A stretch of DNA of 64,000 nt from an archaeon (GTDB lineage Archaea; Micrarchaeota; Micrarchaeia; Norongarragalinales; UBA97), in the NCBI GenBank assembly GCA_020057405.1, contig JAGVFW010000003.1:96001-160000 (forward strand), in the 5' to 3' direction. The first letter of the stretch is position 1. Every line of letters starts with the position of its first letter. The position numbers and the translations under genes were made by a program. Under the pieces are notes generated by a model, which saw only the letters and a program-made list of their open reading frames with translations, made no database searches and was not told the DNA's origin. Shown one piece after another: positions 47,077 to 56,525 of this stretch.

Positions 47077-48969
47077 CTAACGTGATTTGCTTAAGTTGTT
47101 CGTGTTACGCAGCGGGGCGAATGCCGCCCCGCCCCCGTGATAGAATTTCGAGAAGAACTCCACGTACTGGAGACGAAGGGATTGGATTCCGCTCTCGAAA
47201 AGGCCGAGGACGAGAGCCATGCCCTGGGCGACGATGAAGAGTGCGGCAAACGCTATGAAGGTCGCCAAGGCGGTTAGGAATGCGACTAGCTCAAAGCCAG
47301 CGGAAACGCTTGCCGAAAGCGTGGAGAATGCCGTGCCGACGGGAATCTGGTTGATGATTTGCGCCAGGATGACGCCGCTCATGCCAAGGGCCATGAGACG
47401 AAGGTATGACATGACGTTTGAGAGTAGGCTCGGGATTTCGACAACGGCCGGCACGCCTTCGAGGCGGTAGAGCGAGACTACCGCAATCAAGGCGATTGCG
47501 CCAAAAACTAGAGTAAGGGCAGGGTTGATGACGCCGACTTGCGTCAAAACGACGAGTACGAGGGACCACATGAGTGCGAGCCACGAGAGCTTGGCGTAGG
47601 CGTGCTTGCGGTCATGGTTCCAGTTGACGTAGACGCCGATGAGATAGCCGACGGTTAAGTGGATGACGCCGGCCGCAAGCGAGATGACCATCAGCGTGTT
47701 GACGCCCTCGGCGTTGCGCTCAAGCAGCCGCGGCAATGGCGTGCCGAAGATTGATTCGGCGCCGAAGAACTCGCCGTAGATGATGCCGAAGAAAATCGTC
47801 GAGACTGCGCTAAGGAACAGCATGCCGCCGATGTCTTTTAGGAACTCCGCCTTGGCTTTGAGACGAAGGTAGATGGCCATGATCACGGCGAGTGCGCCGT
47901 AGCCGATGTCGCCTAAAATCATGCCGAAGAAAATGGGGAAGGCGACGCCGATGAAGAGGGTCGGGTCGACTTCGCCGCTTTGCGGCAGGGAGAAGAAGCG
48001 CACGAGGAACTCGAAGCGGCGGATGAGGGGCGGGTTGGAAAGCATTGTTGGCGGCTGCTCGCGAACGCCGATGCGCTCGACCATCACCTTTTCGCCAGTT
48101 GCATCAGACATATCAGCCTGCATTTTGGCGAAGACTTTTTCGGGAACCCAGCCTTCGATGATTTCTACGAACGTTGAGCGGCCGAACTTGTTGGGCAACT
48201 CCGCCTTTTTGGCGTGCTCCTCAAGCTGAGTGCGCACGCGCGTGATTTGCTTGCCGTGCTTCGTTGCAAACTCTGCGAGGAACTCGGACTGCGTCTTTTG
48301 CTTCGCCTTGACGCTCTCGAGATCTGCCTTTGCCGCATCAAAGGCGGCCTGAAACGAGGCTGCAGTGGCTTTCGGCGCGGTCAGGCGGGTGCCGTGCTTT
48401 GCGAGTTCGCGCTCGGTGTCGCCGGCTTTTCGCGAGTCAACCGCGACTAGAGCGTAGTCGGCGTTGCCGTGCCTTAGCATTGCGGCGTCAAGGCGCAGCT
48501 TGCCTGCGGCGACGAGAAACTCTTTTGCATTGGAGGGCTTGAAGTAGAGAAGCGTTGCGCGATTGGTTGCGTCAAAGAGCTTGGGGTTAAGGGGCACTGC
48601 GGTAAACGGCTCGAGTTCGCGGGCGCGGCTTGCAAGCGACGACTGTTCCGAGCGCAGTTCTGAGAGCTTCTTTTCCGCCTCTGAAACGCCGGTGAGCTCA
48701 GCTTCGAGCTCGTGCGCTTCCTTTAGGAGGATATGGGCGGGAGCGAGTTCCTCAAAGGCGGCAGTTTCCTTGAGGCCGAGTGACTTTTCTGCTGCGCGAA
48801 GCGCGATGAGTGATTTTGAGAATTCCTCGAATGACGGCATTGGCAGGTCGGGAGTGCCCTGGCGCGAGCGCGTGATTTGGATTGCGCCGAATTCGTAGAG
48901 CGCGTCTACTGCCTTCTCCGTGCTTGACCTTGAGCACACGACGCGCACTTTCACCATTTTTTCAATCAT
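47077..48969 (-). CDS. atpI: A-type ATP synthase subunit I (a)
   Basis: PPT...NP, DPT...FPIFFGMILGDIGYG, SYLRLMAL and LRLQYVEFF.KFY. Confidence 0.94.
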   Translation of the reverse strand: MIEKMVKVRVVCSRSSTEKAVDALYEFGAIQITRSRQGTPDLPMPSFEEFSKSLIALRAAEKSLGLKETAAFEELAPAHILLKEAHELEAELTGVSEAEKKLSELRSEQSSLASRARELEPFTAVPLNPKLFDATNRATLLYFKPSNAKEFLVAAGKLRLDAAMLRHGNADYALVAVDSRKAGDTERELAKHGTRLTAPKATAASFQAAFDAAKADLESVKAKQKTQSEFLAEFATKHGKQITRVRTQLEEHAKKAELPNKFGRSTFVEIIEGWVPEKVFAKMQADMSDATGEKVMVERIGVREQPPTMLSNPPLIRRFEFLVRFFSLPQSGEVDPTLFIGVAFPIFFGMILGDIGYGALAVIMAIYLRLKAKAEFLKDIGGMLFLSAVSTIFFGIIYGEFFGAESIFGTPLPRLLERNAEGVNTLMVISLAAGVIHLTVGYLIGVYVNWNHDRKHAYAKLSWLALMWSLVLVVLTQVGVINPALTLVFGAIALIAVVSLYRLEGVPAVVEIPSLLSNVMSYLRLMALGMSGVILAQIINQIPVGTAFSTLSASVSAGFELVAFLTALATFIAFAALFIVAQGMALVLGLFESGIQSLRLQYVEFFSKFYHGGGAAFAPLRNTNNLSKSR

Positions 48970-49331
48970 TTGGTTTCCTCGATGAGGGTCGAAAGCATTT
49001 TTGCGCTCGTTGGCTCGACTTTGGTCATTGCGACTTTGCGCATCTTCTCGGCGTCGAGCTGCGCGCGCTCGACGATTTTCTTTGCCTCGGCAAGCGTCTT
49101 TGCCTCGGCTACCTTAAGGAGGGCGGTCTTCTCGTCAACCGCTTTCTTGCGGGCGGAGGCTATGATGTCCTGGGCTTTTGCGCGGGCTTGGGCGAGCAGC
49201 TCGGCGGCCTTGGCCTTGGCCGCTTCAATGCGCTCCTGGGCTGCCTTCTCTTCCGCCATGAGGGCTTCCATTCCCTTGCTTATGCCCTCTACTCCAGTAG
49301 AAAGCGAATGAACGTGGCCGTCGCTACTCAT
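48966..49331 (-). CDS. A-type ATP synthase subunit H/G (stator)
   Basis: Ala/Glu/Lys coiled coil; first gene of the operon. Confidence 0.8.
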   Translation of the reverse strand: MSSDGHVHSLSTGVEGISKGMEALMAEEKAAQERIEAAKAKAAELLAQARAKAQDIIASARKKAVDEKTALLKVAEAKTLAEAKKIVERAQLDAEKMRKVAMTKVEPTSAKMLSTLIEETK

Positions 49332-49366
49332 TTTCAATCACCGTACAAAATCGTATAGAGGGTGGG

Positions 49367-49426
49367 GCCCCCAACTGGGCCTCGCACAGCGTCGCGTGCA
49401 ACGAGGTCCTTCAAATGCCCCCAACT
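49367..49426. repeat. Direct repeat GCCCCCAACT x2 (50-bp period) flanking a GC-rich hairpin in the ATPase leader
   Basis: Copies at 49367-49376 and 49417-49426; hairpin GGGCCTCG...CGAGGTCC between them. Confidence 0.6.
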
Positions 49427-49671
49427 CCCAAAACTTTATGATAAAAAAAAAGAACAAAGGAATGTTATTGCCGCACGTATTTAAGCCATGCGGTGCCACT
49501 GCCCCTTCAAAGAAGGTCGGCGGCGGACTCGACAAAGTGTTTCGTCGCCTCTGCAGCGTCAAAGGCCATCTGGAAGATTTCCATTATCATTGACAATCAC
49601 CAATTGACCTAATAAAGTGGGAAAAGCATTTATTGGTTGCGTCTTTCGTAGTGTGGGAGGGGGGAAAGGAA

Positions 49672-50874
49672 ATGGAGGCGGCAAAGCGGCTAGACGGCAT
49701 CACTTACGCCATTCGCGACGTCATCGCGGCATCCCAGGAGCTCGAGAAGCAGGGCCGCACCATACTCAAACTCAACATAGGGGACCCCAACGCCTACGAC
49801 TTTGACACGCCCGACTACGTGAAAAAGGCGCTCCATGAGGCAATCGAGAGCAAGCTCAACGGCTATGCCGACTCGCAGGGCTTCCTGCGCCTGAGGCAAG
49901 CGATTGTGGCGCAGAACCATAGGCGCGGCTTTGACTCAACTACTGAAAACGTAGTTGTCTCAAGCGGGCTTTCGGAGGCAGTGAACTTCACTTACGCCAG
50001 CCTGCTTAACCCCGGCGACGAAGTCATGTCGCCTTCACCCACCTACCCGCAGTACGAGGCGCTGGCTAAATTCTATGGCGCGAAGAACACCTACTACGAG
50101 CTAGTCGAGGAAAACGGGTTTCTGCCCGACGTTGACGACTTAAGGAAGCACGTCACGGCCAAGACGAAGGCGATTGTCTTAATCAATCCAAACAATCCGA
50201 CTGGCAGCCTCTTGCCTGAAAAGGAAGTCAGGAAACTGCTTGACTTTGCGGGCGAGCACGGACTCGTCGTGATGGCGGACGAGATTTACAGCGAAATGGT
50301 CTTCGACGAAACTGCCGTTGCCGCAGCATCGCTTTCAAAAGACGTGCCCATTATTGCGATGAACGGCCTGTCGAAAAACTTTTTGGCACCCGGATGGCGC
50401 ATGGGCTGGGTGACGTTCTGCAACTTTCCGGACGACAACGTGAAAAAGGCGTTCATCCAGTTGTGCCGCCTGAGGCTAAGCGCGTCATACCCGGTAGAGT
50501 ATGCTTCGGCTGTTGCGCTTGAGAACACTGGCGAGTACGAGCCTGCGAAGAGACAGATGCTTGAGAAACTTCGCCGCCGGCGCGACTTGGCATTCAAGAG
50601 GCTAAATGAGATTCCGGGCATTTCGTGCGTGAAGCCGGGCGGCGCGTTCTACGCGTTTCCGCAAATCCACGACGAAAAGAACGTCTTTGCGGATGACAAG
50701 CAGTTTGTCTACGATTTGCTTGCCGAGCACGGAGTGCTGACGGTTTTTGGAAGCGGGTTTGCGGAAAAGCCGGGCAGCAAGCACTTCCGCATCGTCTTTC
50801 TACCGCCCGAAGAGACTCTTGAAAAGGCATTCGGCGAGATAGAAAAGTTCATGAGAAAAAGGGGGTTTGCATAA
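49672..50874 (+). CDS. Class I/II PLP aminotransferase (alanine aminotransferase-like)
   Basis: YAIRD, LNIGDP, INPNNPTG, DEIY, GLSK...PGWRMGW and FRIVFLP. Confidence 0.9.
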   Translation: MEAAKRLDGITYAIRDVIAASQELEKQGRTILKLNIGDPNAYDFDTPDYVKKALHEAIESKLNGYADSQGFLRLRQAIVAQNHRRGFDSTTENVVVSSGLSEAVNFTYASLLNPGDEVMSPSPTYPQYEALAKFYGAKNTYYELVEENGFLPDVDDLRKHVTAKTKAIVLINPNNPTGSLLPEKEVRKLLDFAGEHGLVVMADEIYSEMVFDETAVAAASLSKDVPIIAMNGLSKNFLAPGWRMGWVTFCNFPDDNVKKAFIQLCRLRLSASYPVEYASAVALENTGEYEPAKRQMLEKLRRRRDLAFKRLNEIPGISCVKPGGAFYAFPQIHDEKNVFADDKQFVYDLLAEHGVLTVFGSGFAEKPGSKHFRIVFLPPEETLEKAFGEIEKFMRKRGFA

Positions 50875-51076
50875 ACCCGGTTGGAAAATATTCGGTAGTG
50901 GCGATTGCAACAAAGCCGGCGCTAATGCCGCATTAGCCCGTTTTCATTACATATACAATTATAGTGCGAAATTCCGACAAAGTAATAAATAGCGGCGTGC
51001 GGTAAAGGGTATTCGCTGATTTTTTGCCGGCTTTATTCGGCTAGCTTCGTTTCATTTAATTTGGGGTGGGGTTTGG

Positions 51077-53047
51077 ATGGTTCTTTTGGCTGCAACGCAG
51101 ATCGCTTTTGCCGTAGGCGTGTTCGTACTCTTATTCGCCGCTTATCTTGTCTGGAGCATCCTTCGGTTGCCTGCTGGCAGCGCCAAAATGCAGGAAATCG
51201 CCGCCGCAATCCGCGAGGGTGCCGGCGCCTATCTCATGCGCCAGTACACCACGCTCATCCCGTTCGTCATCGTCCTTGCGGGGCTCATTTGGTTTCTCGT
51301 CGGCAGCCCGACGGCAATCGCTTTTGTCGGGGGCGTAATCTGCAGCACACTTGCAGGCTACATCGGCATGACAATCAGCGTGCGCGCCAATGTACGGACC
51401 GCGCAGGCGGCCTTTGGAGGCATCGGACCCGCGCTTAAGACCGCAAGCCGCGGGGGCGCTGTCACCGGCATGGCACTCACGGGCCTTGGCCTCATTGGCG
51501 TTTCAACGGTTTACTACTTCACCCAAGACTTGGGCGCGCTTGTGGGCTTCGGCTTTGGCGCGTCGCTTATTTCGCTTTTCGCCCGCGTTGGCGGGGGCAT
51601 TTACACCAAAGCCGCTGATGTCGGCGCTGACCTCGTCGGCAAGTTGGAGAAGGGAATTCCCGAGGACGATCCCAGAAACCCGGCAGTAATTGCTGATAAC
51701 GTGGGCGACAACGTCGGGGATTGCGCGGGCATGGCTGCTGACCTCTTCGAGTCCTACGTCGTCACCGTCATCGCCGCAATGCTGCTTGGCGCTGCAATCT
51801 CGCCTTGGCTGGTTGCACTGCCGTTAGTCATTGCTGCAATCGGGGCGCTCGCGGGCATGTTCGGCGTGTTCTTCATAACGCTAAAGCATGGCACGAATGT
51901 GATGGGCGCACTTTACAAGGGCGTTTACGCAACTGCGGCTTTTGCCCTGGTCGGCCTGTGGTCGATTCCGATGGGGCTCGAGCTTTACCTCGCCTCGGCG
52001 GTTGGCGTCTTGGCGACTGTTGCAATATTCTACATCACCGAGTATTACACTGGAAAGCAGTTTGCGCCAGTTCAGGAAATCGCTTCGGCCTCGAAAACGG
52101 GCGCCGCGACGAACCTTATTGCAGGACTTGCAGTCGGCCTTGAGAGCACTGCCCTGCCGCTGCTCTTGATTGTTGCCGCAATCGCGATTTCATTCAAGCT
52201 CGGCGGCGTCTACGGCATTGCGGTTGCCGCGGCGTCAATGCTTTCGCTTACGGGTATCGTCATCACACTTGACGCCTACGGCCCGATTACCGACAACGCC
52301 GGCGGCATTGCCCAAATGAGCAAGGCGCCAGAAAAGGTGAGGAAGGTAACCGACGCGCTTGACTCGGTTGGCAACACGACGAAGGCGACGACGAAGGGCT
52401 TTGCAATTGCAGGAGCGGCCTTGGGCGCGCTCGCGCTGTTTGCGGCCTTTGCCGAGGCAACGCACCTTACGACAGTCAACCTGCTTTCGCCCGCAGTTGT
52501 CATCGGATTGTTCATTGGCGCGGCGCTTCCGTTTGTCTTCAGCTCGTTTATCATGCGCGCTGTTGGCAGGGCGGCTTTCGAGATTGTCGAGGAAGTGCGC
52601 AGGCAGTTCCGCGAGATTAAGGGAATCATGAAAGGGACTGCAAAGCCCGACTACGCAAAGGCGGTTGACATCAGCACTCGCGCGGCACTGCGCGAACTCA
52701 TGGTGCCCGGAGCGCTCGCGGTCGTCACCCCGCTGCTTGTCGGCCTTCTCTTTGGCGCTCAAGCGCTTGCGGGCCTTCTTGCGGGCTCGATTGCAACCGG
52801 ATTTCTCATGGCGCTATTCATGAGCACCTCAGGCGGCGCCTGGGACAATGCCAAGAAGCTAATTGAGGACGGCAAATGGGGCGGGAAAGGCAGCGATGCG
52901 CACAAGGCCGCGGTTGTCGGAGACACTGTCGGCGACCCGTTCAAGGACAGCGCGGGCCCGTCGCTAAACGCGCTTATCAAGGTGCTCAACACCGTATCAC
53001 TCGTGTTCGCAAGCGCGGTGCTTGTCTACGCACTAAATCTTTTGTAG
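51077..53047 (+). CDS. hppA: Membrane-bound ion-pumping pyrophosphatase, K+-independent H+-PPase type
   Basis: GGGIYTKAADVGADLVGK.E..IPEDDPRNP, DNVGDNVGD, GNTTKA (Lys at the K+-site position) and GDTVGDPFKD. Confidence 0.95.
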   Translation: MVLLAATQIAFAVGVFVLLFAAYLVWSILRLPAGSAKMQEIAAAIREGAGAYLMRQYTTLIPFVIVLAGLIWFLVGSPTAIAFVGGVICSTLAGYIGMTISVRANVRTAQAAFGGIGPALKTASRGGAVTGMALTGLGLIGVSTVYYFTQDLGALVGFGFGASLISLFARVGGGIYTKAADVGADLVGKLEKGIPEDDPRNPAVIADNVGDNVGDCAGMAADLFESYVVTVIAAMLLGAAISPWLVALPLVIAAIGALAGMFGVFFITLKHGTNVMGALYKGVYATAAFALVGLWSIPMGLELYLASAVGVLATVAIFYITEYYTGKQFAPVQEIASASKTGAATNLIAGLAVGLESTALPLLLIVAAIAISFKLGGVYGIAVAAASMLSLTGIVITLDAYGPITDNAGGIAQMSKAPEKVRKVTDALDSVGNTTKATTKGFAIAGAALGALALFAAFAEATHLTTVNLLSPAVVIGLFIGAALPFVFSSFIMRAVGRAAFEIVEEVRRQFREIKGIMKGTAKPDYAKAVDISTRAALRELMVPGALAVVTPLLVGLLFGAQALAGLLAGSIATGFLMALFMSTSGGAWDNAKKLIEDGKWGGKGSDAHKAAVVGDTVGDPFKDSAGPSLNALIKVLNTVSLVFASAVLVYALNLL

Positions 53048-53057
53048 GTGGAAACAA

Positions 53058-53654
53058 ATGGCTGGCAAGAACTCGAACGGAATGTTTGGTGGCATCAGCA
53101 AGACCTGGTTGGCAGTAGGTGGTGTTGCGCTAATAGTCATCATCGGCGTGCTTTGGTGGATGGGCACTTACAACGCGCTTGTTGCTAAAGACGAGGGCGT
53201 GGCGGGCCAGTGGGGCAATGTCCAGGCATCCTACCAACGCAGGTTTGACTTGATTCCTAACCTCGTTAACACGGCGAAGGGCATCATGAATGCCGAAGTT
53301 GCCTTGTTCGAGGAGTTTGCCAAGGCGCGGCAGGCGTACGCGGCTGCAGGCAGCGTGAACGACCAAGTCAAGGCTACAAACCAGCTGGAATCGACGATTT
53401 CGAAGTTCCTTTTCGTGTCGGAAAATTATCCCGAACTCAAATCGCAAGAGAACTTCCTTGAGCTGCAAGCCGAACTTGCGGGAACTGAAAACCGCATCAG
53501 CGTAGAGCGCATGCGCTTCAATGACGCCGTCAGGGACTACAATGCCTTCAAGCGCAGCTTCCCGGCGAACTTCATTGCAGGCGGCTTCCCCGACTACGAG
53601 TACTTCGAGTCAAAGGCGGGCGCTGACTCGGCACCGACCGTGACCTTCCCATGA
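53058..53654 (+). CDS. lemA: LemA family protein
   Basis: N-terminal TM, YN.LV, YQRRFDLIPNLV, ENYPELKS and TENRI...R.RFN. Confidence 0.93.
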   Translation: MAGKNSNGMFGGISKTWLAVGGVALIVIIGVLWWMGTYNALVAKDEGVAGQWGNVQASYQRRFDLIPNLVNTAKGIMNAEVALFEEFAKARQAYAAAGSVNDQVKATNQLESTISKFLFVSENYPELKSQENFLELQAELAGTENRISVERMRFNDAVRDYNAFKRSFPANFIAGGFPDYEYFESKAGADSAPTVTFP

Positions 53655-54586
53655 AAACGGCCATAGCGGCTGTTTTCCTCCTTCTTCTTTTCTCCTTCTC
53701 CTTAGCGGAGTCAGTAGACTCGCTCGCCCCAACTGGTTTTGTCAACGACTTTGCGGGCGTACTCTTGCCCAACGAAAGCGCAGCGCTTGAGCAAAAGCTT
53801 TCCGAATACGAGAAGAACTCGTCGAATGAAGTTACAGTTGTCATTGTCAACAACATGGGTGGCGACTACGTCGAGCACTATGCCGTGACTCTCTTCGAGA
53901 AGTGGGGCATTGGGAAAGAGAAGCAGGACAATGGCGTGCTCTTGCTCTTCTCCATGGAAGAGAGGGAAGTGCGCTTCGAGGTCGGCTATGGCCTTGAAGG
54001 GATGGTGACTGACGGGCGGGCCAAGCGCATCATCGAAGCACGCGTAGTGCCTAACTTCAAAAACGGCGGCTATTACACCGGCATTGATTCCGCTGTTGAC
54101 CAAGTGATTTATTTTGCCGGAGGTGGTGAGGAGCAAATTACTCCGTTGCCAGCGTGGCAGAGCGCTATCGTGGGCGCCTGGATTTTGCTTTTGCCTTTTG
54201 CTTTCGTCGGAATTTTCGCCGGCATTGCCGCGCTTGCCTACATAGGCCACAAGAACAAGGGCAAGCTACCGACACGGGGCTCGCGAATCTCGGCAGCAAT
54301 AGCGGCCCTCGGAGGCAACTTGCTCATCGTCCCGATGCTGGCGATTCTGCTTTTTGAAGTGAGCTTCATCCTCTCGATACTGCTTGCGGTTGCAAGCCTC
54401 ATTTCAATCTACCTCGCGTGGAAGTGGGGCGGCGCTGGCGTCAAGGGCGGCTCAAGCGGAGGCGGCTATTGGGGCGGTGGCTTTGGCGGAATGGGCGGCG
54501 GATTCGGCGGCGGTTCTTCCAGCGGAGGCTTTGGCGGGTTCGGCGGCGGCATGAGTGGCGGTGGCGGCGCCGGCGGAAGATGGTAG
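53651..54586 (+). CDS. TPM-domain (YgcG-like) membrane protein with Gly-rich tail
   Basis: VNDFAGVL, LFEKWGIG...DNGVL, EVGYGLEG and terminal GGGMSGGGGAGGRW. Confidence 0.9.
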   Translation: MKTAIAAVFLLLLFSFSLAESVDSLAPTGFVNDFAGVLLPNESAALEQKLSEYEKNSSNEVTVVIVNNMGGDYVEHYAVTLFEKWGIGKEKQDNGVLLLFSMEEREVRFEVGYGLEGMVTDGRAKRIIEARVVPNFKNGGYYTGIDSAVDQVIYFAGGGEEQITPLPAWQSAIVGAWILLLPFAFVGIFAGIAALAYIGHKNKGKLPTRGSRISAAIAALGGNLLIVPMLAILLFEVSFILSILLAVASLISIYLAWKWGGAGVKGGSSGGGYWGGGFGGMGGGFGGGSSSGGFGGFGGGMSGGGGAGGRW

Positions 54587-54587
54587 T

Positions 54588-54839
54588 TCAGTATTCCCTA
54601 TAGACTTCGTCGCGCTTGCCGACTCGCACGAAAATTACGGTGCTTCCTTCTACGCGGTAAATAATACGATAGTGCAGAAAACGCTCGCTGTGGAAAAGCA
54701 GCTTTCCGTGCAGATGCTTTCCAAGAAAAGGGCGTTCCAGAATCCTCTTGATGCGTTTTGCTACAACTTCCTTGACCGAACCGTCAAGCTTTGCTGCCGT
54801 TCCTTTGAATTCATCGGTGTAGAACGGTTCAAACTGCAC
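54588..54839 (-). CDS. RelE/ParE-family toxin
   Basis: 83 aa, YT.EF....KL...I..I.E.P..GK.L.G....S.R...YRIIY.V....V....VGKRDEVY; GGTGA SD upstream. Confidence 0.85.
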   Translation of the reverse strand: MQFEPFYTDEFKGTAAKLDGSVKEVVAKRIKRILERPFLGKHLHGKLLFHSERFLHYRIIYRVEGSTVIFVRVGKRDEVYREY

Positions 54840-54937
54840 GTGAGCTCACCACAAAACTATCGAAGACTATAGCACCAATCCTTTCGCCAGTGGCTTGCCG
54901 GATGGTTTTTATAGTAGTTATTAGCATAGTTTTAGTT

Positions 54938-55195
54938 ATGAATATGAACATCAAGCTCATCGGTATTCCGGAACGCATCATCGAGGGCGCAATTCACGAG
55001 GGTCTGGCAAAGACTAAGACTGACGCGATTACACTTGGCCTCCTTGAGCTTGACCACAAGTACAAGCTTCTTGAAAAGCTCGAGGATGAAGAAGACATTC
55101 GCGAGGCCGACAGGATAATGGCGGAAGTGAAAAGCGGCAAGCAGAAACTCCATTCCCAAAAAGAATTCGAGAAGCAGACTGGAATCAAGTTGTGA
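54938..55195 (+). CDS. Putative ribbon-helix-helix antitoxin
   Basis: MNMNIKL...I...I.EG.AKTKTDAI..GL RHH-like N-terminus with an acidic C-terminal EDEEDI region. Confidence 0.7.
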   Translation: MNMNIKLIGIPERIIEGAIHEGLAKTKTDAITLGLLELDHKYKLLEKLEDEEDIREADRIMAEVKSGKQKLHSQKEFEKQTGIKL

Positions 55196-55330
55196 GCTTT
55201 GGCGCAAACAACCGATGCGGGCGATAGGCTCCCAAACGCAAGGGGTTATAAACCTCTTGGAGGCGTAATTACTTTTGCTCTTTATTTTCTTTAGCTTTGG
55301 CTTGGGATAGGGAAAACGAGGTAAAACAAG

Positions 55331-55873
55331 ATGTACGAACTTGCAAAATTCGTTGAGAGTGTGCGCATTCCGCCCGCTCTCTTTGGGAAGAAGATGAATG
55401 ACGCTGCACTGCAGATGCTGCGCGAGCAGTACGAGCGGACGGTGCAAAAAGAGTTCGGCGTAATCGTGAGCCTGCACAACGCCAAGATTTCGGGCAAGGG
55501 CCGCATCATCCCGGGCGACGGCGCGGCTTATTTTGACGTCGAGTTCGACGCGGTTGTCTACAATCCTAAAGTGAACGAGATTATCATCGGCGAAGTGAGC
55601 GAGATTGTCGAGTTCGGCGCGTTTGTCCGCCTCGGACCCATTGACGGCCTGGTGCACGTTTCGCAGGTTGCAGATGACTTCTTCACTTACGACAAGAAGA
55701 AGCTCATTCTAGTCGGGCGCAAGAGCAAGGCGACGGTGAAGAAGGGCGACGTCGTGAAAGCCAAGATTGCGACGGTTAGCATGAAGGACAACATTCCTAA
55801 CTCTAAGATTGCGCTTACGATGAGGCCCATTGGTTTGGGCAGGGAAAAGGGAGCGGCTGTAGTAAATGTCTGA
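55331..55873 (+). CDS. rpoE1: RNA polymerase subunit E' (Rpo7)
   Basis: VRIPP..FG, IIPGDGAAY, EFGAFVRLGPIDGLVHVSQ and KIALTMR. Confidence 0.95.
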   Translation: MYELAKFVESVRIPPALFGKKMNDAALQMLREQYERTVQKEFGVIVSLHNAKISGKGRIIPGDGAAYFDVEFDAVVYNPKVNEIIIGEVSEIVEFGAFVRLGPIDGLVHVSQVADDFFTYDKKKLILVGRKSKATVKKGDVVKAKIATVSMKDNIPNSKIALTMRPIGLGREKGAAVVNV

Positions 55874-56048
55874 GAAAGCGTGCCGCACTTGCCGGCTCAT
55901 AGTCAGTGGCGACGTGTGCCCCACCTGCAAGGATTCGGAACTTACGAAAGCCTACGAGGGCTTCATTTTAGTGATTAACCCGGAGAGCGAGGTCGGCAAC
56001 GCGATTGCCGCCAAGACCCCCGGAAAGTACGCGCTCAAAATAAAGTGA
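55866..56048 (+). CDS. spt4: Transcription elongation factor Spt4 (RpoE'')
   Basis: ACRTC...CPTC...G.I..INPESE..PGKYALKI. Confidence 0.92.
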   Translation: MSEKACRTCRLIVSGDVCPTCKDSELTKAYEGFILVINPESEVGNAIAAKTPGKYALKIK

Positions 56049-56061
56049 GAGAAGTGATAAG

Positions 56062-56358
56062 ATGAAGATTGAACTTGTTTCGGAAAAGGACAACCCCTTG
56101 CTTGAACGCAAGGAAGTCGTCGTGAAAGTCAGCGACTACGGCGCAACGCCATCGCGCACCGACTTGCTCGAGGAACTGCCCAAAATCCTCAAGGGAGCGA
56201 ACAAGGAAGGCGTCTACATTGAGAAGGTCGACCAGCACTACGGCCGCAAGCAGACTCTCGTCATGGCACACGTTTACGCCAGCAGGGAATCGCTTGAGAA
56301 GCACATCCACAAGAAGCTTTTGCGCACGAGCGGCAAGAAGAAGGCCGCTGCTGCATAA
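56062..56358 (+). CDS. rps24e: 30S ribosomal protein S24e
   Basis: NPLLERKEV, ATPSR and YG...A.VY. Confidence 0.9.
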   Translation: MKIELVSEKDNPLLERKEVVVKVSDYGATPSRTDLLEELPKILKGANKEGVYIEKVDQHYGRKQTLVMAHVYASRESLEKHIHKKLLRTSGKKKAAAA

Positions 56359-56369
56359 GGTGAAGTAAC

Positions 56370-56519
56370 ATGGCTGAGAAACCGAAGACCAAATCCTTTA
56401 AGGCTTATACTGGTGGCAAGTACTGCCCCAAGTGCGGGCCCGGCACCAAGCTCGGAGTGCACAACAACCGCTTTGCCTGCGGAAAGTGCCGCTACACCGA
56501 GATGGCAGACAAGGCGTGA
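56370..56519 (+). CDS. rps27ae: 30S ribosomal protein S27ae (not in ORF track)
   Basis: Hand translation MAEKPKTKSFKAYTGGKYCPKCGPGTKLGVHNNRFACGKCRYTEMADKA*; GGTGA SD upstream. Confidence 0.9.
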   Translation: MAEKPKTKSFKAYTGGKYCPKCGPGTKLGVHNNRFACGKCRYTEMADKA

Positions 56520-56525
56520 GTCTAA

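Noticed and set aside
49367-49426. Mini-CRISPR array
   Set aside because: Only two 10-bp repeats, far too short, and no cas genes in the window.
54843-55198. Invertible switch bounded by AGCTCAC/GTGAGCT that would restore a canonical antitoxin-toxin operon
   Set aside because: The match is only 7 bp, largely explained by the GGTGA SD and the TGA stop, and no recombinase is nearby.
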